Shown: in pieces, positions 1 to 6,524 of the stretch
How the letters are laid out: every line of letters begins with the position of its first letter
Numbering within the stretch: position 1 is the first letter of the stretch
Origin: Deltaproteobacteria bacterium
GTDB lineage: Bacteria; Desulfobacterota; Desulfomonilia; UBA1062
Length of the DNA stretch: 61,131 nucleotides
Assembly: GCA_023230665.1 (NCBI GenBank)
Contig: JALNWY010000002.1
Location: 1-61,131 of the forward strand
Direction of reading: 5' to 3'
Made by a program: the position numbers and the translations under genes
The notes under the pieces: model-generated
Seen by the model: the letters and a program-made list of their open reading frames with translations, nothing else
Told to the model about the DNA's origin: nothing
Databases searched by the model: none

Positions 1-123
1 ATCTATGGTTCCTTCTTTGTCGTGCCCGAGGTCGGCGTGCTCGACTATGCAGACGGCAAAGACGGCAAAAACGAACACAAGGATACCACCTACTTCGGCG
101 CAAAATGGCAGATTAACTTCTAA
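1..123 (+). CDS. 3' end of an outer-membrane beta-barrel / porin-like gene (partial; starts upstream of the window)
   Basis: Frame 1 is open from base 1 and reads IYGSFFVVPEVGVLDYADGKDGKNEHKDTTYFGAKWQINF, then TAA at 121-123. The terminal aromatic-x-aromatic pattern ending in Phe is the usual OMP C-terminal signature. A strong terminator follows. Confidence 0.5.
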   Translation: MYGSFFVVPEVGVLDYADGKDGKNEHKDTTYFGAKWQINF

Positions 124-148
124 AGGAAGCCGTATACACTATACCTCT

Positions 149-186
149 GGGGAGCCGGAAGCACTTACCCGGTTCCCCCTTTTTCC
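149..186 (+). terminator. Rho-independent terminator
   Basis: GGGGAGCCGG (149-158) pairs with CCGGTTCCCC (169-178) with one G-U pair and a 10-nt loop. It is followed by CTTTTTCC. Confidence 0.7.
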
Positions 187-199
187 GTTCCTGTCCCTG

Positions 200-986
200 G
201 AAGCCCGCACTCATGATGTACGAAATACGTGTCGGTTTTAAGAGAAAGGCCGCACCCTTGCCGCCGATATCGCACATATGCGCCGCCAGCTTTCCGGGAC
301 GATGACAAGCGATCTTCTTCTCCTCGACCAGTTCGGTCTCGGTCACGAGCAGGTCGTCATGCCCGCCCTCCTGCCCAGGACGAGAGAACCGACTACCTTT
401 GCGGCCCGCTGTCAGCACCGGCATCTGTGCGCCCTGAGTCGCCAAGGGGAGGCCGACTCGACATCGGCCTCCCCAGAGCAAGGGGGCTTATTATTTGGAT
501 GATCGCATCCTCAATTTCCTGATTGTAAAATATCCGACGGGTTTTCACCCTACTGTATTCCCGCAGTGTACCTGAGATTCATCTCATTGATCCTCGGCGA
601 AATCCTCGTCCCGTGCCATTTTCAGGGACCTCTCCTGCCTCCAAAAGGGCTCACGGCAGGGCAATGCAGTCCTCCGGCACGGGTCTGGCCCGTCTCCATG
701 ATCGCCGCAGCGGCAAAAAACACGTTCTCGTCTGGTTGATCACAGTCGTGAAATGCTCGATCCCGAGCATCCCCTGGCCCGTGTGGACCGAGAATGAGGG
801 TTGAGTAAGAAGATGCATGCGACAAACATATTTGCGACGATCGCTCTCCTCCGCACGAAAATTTCTCCAGCTGCGCCTTCCGGCAAATCTGCCGGGGCGC
901 CAGCGACGATTTTCCCAAAGATACAGGCGGAGAAGCCTGAGCAGGAGCTGCGGCGGGCTTGTCTGCCTGTGATGCCTGTGCCTTAT
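200..986 (-). pseudogene. Decayed catalytic-domain remnant of the E2 acyltransferase gene, spread over several frames
   Basis: After the TAG at 987-989, a 1-nt shift in the T7 run (992-998) continues the peptide as VDKAQASQADKPAAAPAQASPPVS, an Ala/Pro-rich E2-type linker. A third frame reads RRRAIVANMFVA...NPH, resembling the MRKAIA..M...PH start of E2 catalytic domains. The 113..481 frame reads AHMCDIGGKGAAFLLK, resembling the DHRxxDGAxAAxFL end. No single frame stays open. Confidence 0.4.
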
Positions 987-1481
987 CTACGTTTTTTTGA
1001 CAATTCTGCCACCGGATCCTGGGCCCTTCACTGCAGGGGAGATATCGACGTTGTTTTGCCGGGCATATTTCTTTGCCAGGTGGGCCGCTCTCACCTGCTG
1101 TTCAGAACTGTCGCTCTGAGGAGATATGGATGGTGTCTTCGGGGTATCAGTAGCTTCCATAGATATTTGGTATGCGGAATCATGCACCGCAGCTCCCGCT
1201 ATGTCAGACGCGATCTCCCCTGCCTTGAGTAAATACGCGACAATGGTTCCGACAGGGACACTCTCCGGCTCCTGTACCAGGATCTTCCTCTGCACGCCAT
1301 CTTCCGGGGCTTCCACGTCCATATGTGACCTTTCCCGTCTCCAGAGCGAAGAGGACCTCTCTCTTTCTGGCCTCTCCGCTTTTTTCTTTTTCCCTACGAC
1401 CATGGCTCCTTCGGTGATGGTCAGACCGAGCTTCGGCATTATCACATCAACCGGCATCTTCTTGTCCTCTCTATCTTGCAA
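987..1481 (-). pseudogene. Lipoyl-domain plus E3-binding-domain ORF of a 2-oxoacid dehydrogenase E2 (dihydrolipoamide acyltransferase); truncated and internally frameshifted
   Basis: N-terminus MPVDVIMPKLGLTITEGAMV and DVEAPEDGVQRKILVQEPESVPVGTIVAYL fit a lipoyl domain. The C-terminus ISPAVKGPGSGGRIVKK fits a peripheral-subunit-binding domain. There is no catalytic domain in frame, and the lipoyl-Lys motif is missing in this frame (see findings). Confidence 0.6.
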
Positions 1482-1484
1482 ATG

Positions 1485-2267
1485 TTATTTTCCCTTGAAG
1501 TCTGCTTTTCGTTTCTCGGCAAAGGCAGTGATACCTTCTTTCATATCTTCCGTGCTGAAACAGGCCAGGCAGTTCTTCTGGGCATACTGGAGCCCGTGCT
1601 CCATGGGCAGGTCCATCCCGATCTCCACGGCATCCTTGCAGAGCTCTACTGCAATGGGTGCATTCGCCATGATCCTGCCTGCCATCTCCTCAGCCGCAGC
1701 CACAGCCTGCCCTTTGGGGACTACCCGGTTCACCAGACCGATCCGGTATGCCTCTTCGGCGTCGATGGGGTCGCCAGTAAGCATCATCTCATGTGCCCTG
1801 CCCTTGCCGACAAGCAGGGGGAGCCGCTGAGTTCCGCCAGCCCCGGGGATGATCCCCAGCTTCACCTCGGGCAATCCGAGCTTGGCGTCTTCGTCGGCGA
1901 CACGAATCTGGCAGGAGAGGGCAAGCTCCAGACCACCTCCCATGGCAACCCCATTGATGGCGGCGATGACCGGCTGACGGAGTTTCTCGATTGCCGCAGT
2001 CATCCTGACGAGCCCGTTATCCCACCGCAGAAAGTCAATCGGCTTGAGATTGTTCAGCTCCCTGATGTCTGCGCCCGCCTGAAATCCTTTGCCGGCCCCC
2101 GTGATGATGAGTACCTTGATCTCCTCGTCCTCGTTCACTCTGGCCAGGGCGTCCGTCAACTCCGCAATCAGCTTTTGGCTGATTGCGTTGAGCACTTCCG
2201 GGCGGTTAAGAACCAGATAACCGATGTGGTTTTTCTTCTCGAGAATGATGGTTTCGTAACGATGCAT
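1485..2267 (-). CDS. Enoyl-CoA hydratase/isomerase (crotonase family)
   Basis: 260 aa with the crotonase signature: LNRPEVLNAI, ITGAGKGFQAGADI, AAINGVAMGGGLELALSC, LPEVKLGIIPGAGGTQRLP. SD AAGGAGGG lies upstream of the ATG. Confidence 0.95.
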   Translation of the reverse strand: MHRYETIILEKKNHIGYLVLNRPEVLNAISQKLIAELTDALARVNEDEEIKVLIITGAGKGFQAGADIRELNNLKPIDFLRWDNGLVRMTAAIEKLRQPVIAAINGVAMGGGLELALSCQIRVADEDAKLGLPEVKLGIIPGAGGTQRLPLLVGKGRAHEMMLTGDPIDAEEAYRIGLVNRVVPKGQAVAAAEEMAGRIMANAPIAVELCKDAVEIGMDLPMEHGLQYAQKNCLACFSTEDMKEGITAFAEKRKADFKGK

Positions 2268-2393
2268 GGCCTTTCCCTCCTTTATAGAATACCCCCTCTT
2301 CAGCAGCAGGCCTTCCTTTCGTGGGTTATGACAGCCAGACCGAGCACGAGCTTTTAATCATTGCACCATATTGATGCTCGCCGAATATTCTAA

Positions 2394-2424
2394 AAGAGAC
2401 TCCTTTCGAGTCTTACAGCCTGAC
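2394..2424 (-). terminator. Hairpin plus U-tract (candidate terminator or attenuator downstream of the minus-strand sigma54 promoter)
   Basis: On the minus strand: AGACUC-GAAAG-GAGUCU followed by CUUUUAGAAUAUU. The stem is only 6 bp, so this is weak. Confidence 0.3.
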
Positions 2425-2534
2425 TTTTCCACCCGTTATCCGGGTCTTGCAACCTTTACACCCAGACGCGAGGTTCACTCTTTCTATTTCAGATCAACGG
2501 GAACAACACGTTCCATCTCTGTTAAGGCTGAATT

Positions 2535-2599
2535 CCCCGGAGCTTGCTGCGAAAAGTCTATTCTCCCTGGGATATTTTTATACCCCTGAGCTTGCTGCG
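2535..2599. repeat. Two copies of a 17-bp direct repeat, 48 bp apart
   Basis: CCCCGGAGCTTGCTGCG at 2535-2551 and CCCCTGAGCTTGCTGCG at 2583-2599, 16/17 identical. Confidence 0.8.
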
Positions 2600-2624
2600 G
2601 GGCAGTTTATTTGCCGGATCAATA

Positions 2625-2640
2625 AGCAACTAGCGTACCA
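2625..2640 (-). promoter_or_regulatory. Candidate sigma54 (RpoN) -24/-12 promoter pointing toward the crotonase gene
   Basis: The minus strand reads TGGTACGCTAGTTGCT against the consensus TGGCACG-N4-TTGCW. The GG-N10-GC spacing is exact. Confidence 0.45.
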
Positions 2641-2671
2641 AAATTCAATTGGAGGACTTTATATAATACCA

Positions 2672-3013
2672 TCAATAGGTTATGGTTGTTGCATGATTCC
2701 TTTTGCGGTTCTCATCCCCGGAGATTTTCACAAACGAAACAACCAGTTGTTCCAGATTAGAACATCTGTGTTGATCATCGACAACAGGCCCATGGACTGC
2801 GTCCTTCATCGGCTTGGGTATGTATTCGCCAGAGAAATGGGCTGTTTCTCTTGTCATGTCCTCGTAAAACCGGTTCATCGGTACTCTGAATTTAAGGAAA
2901 CAAGCCATGCAGACCGCACGCTCCAGTGTGTACCATTTGAAATATCTCCAGCTGCATCCGAGAATCGCCCGGGAATCTCTGTTTCCCGGAAACATGGTCT
3001 GACCGCCTGGCAA
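2672..3013 (-). CDS. Hypothetical protein, orphan ORF in a low-GC islet (may be spurious)
   Basis: 113-aa ORF with no recognisable motif. It is fully overlapped by a 234-aa plus-strand ORF of equally poor quality. Composition is Trp/Cys/Met-rich. Confidence 0.2.
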   Translation of the reverse strand: MPGGQTMFPGNRDSRAILGCSWRYFKWYTLERAVCMACFLKFRVPMNRFYEDMTRETAHFSGEYIPKPMKDAVHGPVVDDQHRCSNLEQLVVSFVKISGDENRKRNHATTITY

Positions 3014-3130
3014 ATTGTTCCTTCATATTTTTTGGCCCTTGTTCGGACGAGCCAGATGCCTGGACCGGGGCAGCCCTGCCCCGGAATGTCCTTGCGCATC
3101 GGCCCAAAGAGCCATCAGAGCACCACCTGG

Positions 3131-3150
3131 CACGTGTTTCAAGACACGTG
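3131..3150. promoter_or_regulatory. Perfect 7-bp inverted repeat; candidate enhancer-binding-protein site (UAS)
   Basis: CACGTGT-TTCAAG-ACACGTG, centred about 135 bp upstream of the -24 GG of the plus-strand sigma54-type promoter. Confidence 0.3.
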
Positions 3151-3273
3151 ATACAATATGATACATGGCGTATTATTGTGTGACAACCTCTCAAACCTCC
3201 CGCTCGGAACTGGTGCGGATAATCTACTCATATCTTATTGATTTATCAGTTTAAATTGATTTATTCCCTGAAT

Positions 3274-3289
3274 TGGTTCGATTTTTGCT
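3274..3289 (+). promoter_or_regulatory. Candidate sigma54 (RpoN) -24/-12 promoter
   Basis: TGGTTCGATTTTTGCT, with GG at 3275-3276 and GC at 3287-3288. The GG-N10-GC spacing is exact and TTGC is present at -12. Confidence 0.4.
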
Positions 3290-3299
3290 ATTTAAAGGG

Positions 3300-3383
3300 C
3301 AATCAGGGAAACCTGACTCTCACTCCCATAAGGTGAGAACCCTCCTCTTACGCTGGTGGCCGTAACCGGCCACCAGATTTTTT
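3300..3383 (+). ncRNA. Candidate ~85-nt small RNA (sigma54 promoter to intrinsic terminator)
   Basis: There is no ORF. SL1 is CAGG-GAAA-CCUG (3304-3315). SL2 is UCUCAC...GUGAGA (3318-3338). A single-stranded CCCUCCUCUU (anti-SD-like) follows, then the terminator hairpin at 3355-3374 and U6. Confidence 0.4.
3355..3383 (+). terminator. Rho-independent terminator
   Basis: GGTGGCCG-TAAC-CGGCCACC (perfect 8-bp GC-rich stem) followed by AGATTTTTT. Confidence 0.75.
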
Positions 3384-3455
3384 CCTGATGATGCGCGCTG
3401 TTTGCCGGGAAGGAAGAGAATGCACACTCATTCATATCTTGATACCTCCTCAAGA

Positions 3456-3494
3456 GCCGGTACGTACAGATCCTGCACGTACCGGCATTTTTTT
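3456..3494 (+). terminator. Rho-independent terminator (second in tandem)
   Basis: GCCGGTACGT (3456-3465) pairs perfectly with ACGTACCGGC (3477-3486) around an 11-nt loop, followed by ATTTTTTT. Confidence 0.75.
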
Positions 3495-3568
3495 CAACAA
3501 GGCACAGCGGCCTTATGGAGCGGTCCGGACAAGTCATATCCTGACTGGCCTTTAAGGGAGACCTGAAA

Positions 3569-3609
3569 AGGCCTGGAAACTCCGGTGTTCTGAAGAGGCC
3601 TCCGTTTTT
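3569..3609. terminator. Palindromic-arm hairpin, possibly a bidirectional terminator
   Basis: AGGCCT (3569-3574) and AGGCCT (3596-3601) are self-complementary arms. The plus-strand tail is CCGTTTTTG and the minus-strand tail is UUUC. It lies 30 nt past the stop of the 3632..4051 gene. Confidence 0.35.
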
Positions 3610-3631
3610 GCGCCTATGGGCGGACCGCCCC

Positions 3632-4051
3632 TTATGCGGCAAGATCCAGCTGCTGGGCCGTGCCGGCTCTCCCGTCTTCCTTCAGATAGATGCCGGTAGC
3701 GCGAATCCGGCCGAGGAGTTCGTTGGTGGAATCCATACGGATATCGAACAGGGTGGAGGCCCTGCCGGACGTGGGTATGGGGACCTGTTCAGATATGCCG
3801 TCAACATCAAGATCGAACTCGAATTTCAGGGAAGTGAGATCAGCGGCGTTGCCGTCAAAGTTGATCACCAGAGGGTCGACCGGGGCGTCACCCGCCCTGA
3901 TGGACAGTATGTTCTTCTCGATGTACTCCCGGCTCATATCGAGCTCGAGTGAAAAAGCCAGGTCCCTGCCGTCCGCCGTCCGGATGATCCCCTGGGCGCT
4001 GAAACCCACATCCTCTCTTTCGCGATGCGTATGCTCGAGCTCGTACTCCAT
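3632..4051 (-). CDS. Hypothetical protein; looks like a C-terminal fragment of a larger conserved hypothetical
   Basis: 139 aa: DPLVINFDGNAADLTSLKFEFDLDVDG ... GIYLKEDGRAGTAQQLDLAA. The frame stays open for 44 codons upstream of the only ATG, with no start codon. Confidence 0.55.
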   Translation of the reverse strand: MEYELEHTHREREDVGFSAQGIIRTADGRDLAFSLELDMSREYIEKNILSIRAGDAPVDPLVINFDGNAADLTSLKFEFDLDVDGISEQVPIPTSGRASTLFDIRMDSTNELLGRIRATGIYLKEDGRAGTAQQLDLAA

Positions 4052-4389
4052 CCCCCAGCCATGCCGCTGCTCATCCTCCTGGCGAATGCCATCATGGCCC
4101 GTCGCCAGGCCCTGGCTCTCGACCTTCCCGATCCGGAGGAATCTGATCTCTCTTCCTGAGAGCAGCTCTGCATTGAGGATCTTCTATCCGGTAATTCACC
4201 TCATTCCTTTTTCATCGGTTTCGTACATGGGTTGCTTGATAGCGATTCCGAAAATAACCCGCCCGTGGATTCCCTCCGGCAGGAAGGCTTTTTGAGTCGA
4301 TGTTCCAGCCGGTTATTTATATAGTTATGCAACAAGGTCTTTAAGGAATGCACCGGGAGATTCGCTCCTGCCATACTGGAGGGCAATCT

Positions 4390-5157
4390 ATGGCTGTCAG
4401 GGAAAAGATCGTGAAGGTTGCGGCAGTGGGCGATATCCACTGCAACGAAAGCCACCGGGACGTGGTACACGCCCTTCTCGCCCATATCACCGAAACCGCT
4501 GAGGTGCTCCTGCTGTGCGGCGATCTGACAGATACCGGGCTCGTGGAAGAGGCGCACATTCTTGCCCGGGAAATCACCACCACGGTCAAGATTCCGGTCG
4601 TGGGCGTGCTGGGGAACCATGATTATGAATCAGGCAAACAGCTGGAGATCAGGCATATCCTGTGCGATGCCGGGGTGTCGCTTCTGGATGGAGAAACCGT
4701 GCAGATCCACGGGATCGGTTTTGCCGGCGTGAAGGGATTCGCAGGAGGTTTCGGCCGATATCAGCTCGAGGCCTGGGGAGAACCGGCCATCAAGGAATTC
4801 GTGCAGGAGGCAATGGATGAGGCCCTGAAGCTGGAACTGGCTCTGGCACGCTTCGAAGAGATGCCCCTTGTCGTGCTGATGCACTATTCGCCCATCCGGG
4901 CCACCGTGGAGGGAGAACCGCGCGAGATCCTCCCCTTTCTGGGATCGAGCCGTCTCGAAGTGCCTCTGACCTGGTTCGACGTGGTCGCCGTGTTCCACGG
5001 CCATGCGCACCGGGGCATGCCTCAAGGCTACACCACCAGGAACATCCCGGTCTATAACGTGGCCATGCCGCTGCTTCGTGCTCTTCATCCCGATCGTCCC
5101 CCCTTCCGGTTGCTGGAGGTCCCCTGTACCACATCCGGCACGGCTATGGGCCAGTGA
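4390..5157 (+). CDS. Metallophosphoesterase (calcineurin-like)
   Basis: Motifs VGDIHCN, LLCGDLTD, GNHDYE and FHGHAHRG. The start was moved to the ATG at 4390, preceded by GGAGGG. Confidence 0.9.
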   Translation: MAVREKIVKVAAVGDIHCNESHRDVVHALLAHITETAEVLLLCGDLTDTGLVEEAHILAREITTTVKIPVVGVLGNHDYESGKQLEIRHILCDAGVSLLDGETVQIHGIGFAGVKGFAGGFGRYQLEAWGEPAIKEFVQEAMDEALKLELALARFEEMPLVVLMHYSPIRATVEGEPREILPFLGSSRLEVPLTWFDVVAVFHGHAHRGMPQGYTTRNIPVYNVAMPLLRALHPDRPPFRLLEVPCTTSGTAMGQ

Positions 5158-5181
5158 TGGGGAATGCTTGAAGGAGAAACC

Positions 5182-5994
5182 ATGCAGAAGTTCTTGCTGG
5201 ATGAGAAGTTCTTGCTGGATGAGAAGTATCTCAGCCCGGATACCCGGAATTTCTATCGCGAGGTGTTGACCCGCCTGGGCTGGTCCAAGATATCCTTTCT
5301 TGTCGGCGGGGCCTTTGCCTTCGGGTGCTATACCCGTGTGGTGAGGGATACCAAAGATCTCGACATATTCGTTTACCCTCAGGATGCCGAAAGCATTCTC
5401 AAAGAGCTGGAACGTGCCGGCTATCAGACCGAGTTTACGGACAGGCTCTGGATAGCCAAGGCATTCCACGGCGAGTGTGTCGTGGACGTGATCTTCGGCT
5501 CGGGCAACGGTATCGGCAATGTGGATGAGGAATGGTTCGCCCATGCGTACAAAGGCGATCTCCTGGGTATCGAGGCCAGGCTCATCCCGCCCGAGGAGAT
5601 GATCTGGTCAAAGGCGTTCGTCATGACCCGGGACCGATACGACGGCGCCGACGTTGCCCACCTTCTGCTGACATTCGCCGAGCGACTGGACTGGAAACGC
5701 ATCGAACGCCGCTTTGACGTGCACTGGCGGGTTCTCTACAACCACCTCCTCCTTTTCGGGTATATCTATCCCTCCGAGCGTGCGCGCATTCCCGCATGGA
5801 TCATGCAGGAGCTGGCACAGAGGCTCAGAGAAGAAACAGAGGCGCCTCCTCCCGCCAAACGGGTCTGCCAGGGGACCTTGCTGTCCATGGTGGATTACGA
5901 TATCGATGTGGAGCAGTGGGGATATCGCGACCCCCGGCCAGTGAAACCCACGTTCAGAAATCCGGGTGCGCCGGGAGATACGGGCCGCCGGTGA
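5182..5994 (+). CDS. Nucleotidyltransferase-family protein (minimal NTase fold, unknown substrate)
   Basis: LVGGAFAFGCYTRVVRDTKDLDIFV fits the G[SG]...D.D NTase pattern. The start was moved to the ATG at 5182, behind GAAGGAG. Confidence 0.75.
   Translation: MQKFLLDEKFLLDEKYLSPDTRNFYREVLTRLGWSKISFLVGGAFAFGCYTRVVRDTKDLDIFVYPQDAESILKELERAGYQTEFTDRLWIAKAFHGECVVDVIFGSGNGIGNVDEEWFAHAYKGDLLGIEARLIPPEEMIWSKAFVMTRDRYDGADVAHLLLTFAERLDWKRIERRFDVHWRVLYNHLLLFGYIYPSERARIPAWIMQELAQRLREETEAPPPAKRVCQGTLLSMVDYDIDVEQWGYRDPRPVKPTFRNPGAPGDTGRR
5188..5223 (+). repeat. Perfect 18-bp tandem duplication inside the NTase N-terminus
   Basis: AAGTTCTTGCTGGATGAG occurs twice in tandem, giving KFLLDE-KFLLDE. Confidence 0.9.
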
Positions 5995-6164
5995 GAAGAA
6001 TCGCCGCAGACATAAGGCCCGGTACGGGCAAATCCCGGGGCATGCCCCAGGCTCACCCGTCCTGCACGACAGCTCGGGTGCTTGGGGTTTCTTGCGCAGG
6101 CACAAATTCTTGCAAAGAAGCGGGGAACTGGTCTATGAACCTGTCATGATAAGGAGGGTTGCGT

Positions 6165-6398
6165 ATGCCTCATGTTATCGTCAAGCTCTATCCCGGGAGA
6201 TCAGAAGAGCAGAAAAAACAGCTTGCCCAGGTCATTGCTCAGGACGTGGTCGCCATCATCCAGTGTGACGAGAAATCCGTGTCCGTAGCCTTTGAGGAGA
6301 TCGACCCGGACCAGTGGCCCGAACAGGTGTACAAACCGGATATCCTGGAAAGAAGACAGCACCTGTACAAAAAGCCCGGATATAACCCGTTCGAGTAG
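6165..6398 (+). CDS. 4-oxalocrotonate tautomerase family protein
   Basis: MPHVIVKLYPGRSEEQKKQLAQVIAQDV, with catalytic Pro right after the initiator Met. AGGAGG lies 7 nt upstream of the ATG at 6165. Confidence 0.9.
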   Translation: MPHVIVKLYPGRSEEQKKQLAQVIAQDVVAIIQCDEKSVSVAFEEIDPDQWPEQVYKPDILERRQHLYKKPGYNPFE

Positions 6399-6524
6399 AA
6401 AGATATGGGCCCATGCCCAACCCGGCCTTTCAGGCATGACAAAGATCTCGTCTTCTCCTTGAAAACGCGGTCCTGCATCAGACATATGTATCATGATACC
6501 AAAAGTTCGGGAGATGATCTTTTC

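Noticed and set aside
2535-2599. Possible degenerate CRISPR array
   Set aside because: There are only two copies, the shared core is just 17 bp, there is no extended repeat, and no cas genes occur in the window.
2447-3151. 234-aa plus-strand ORF in the low-GC islet
   Set aside because: It has no motif and no SD, and it spans the 17-bp repeats and the minus-strand sigma54-type promoter. It is kept only as context in a finding.
3273-3283. GGTTCGA T-loop-like string, with another at 22737-22745, as a possible tRNA
   Set aside because: No acceptor, D or anticodon arms can be drawn around either site.
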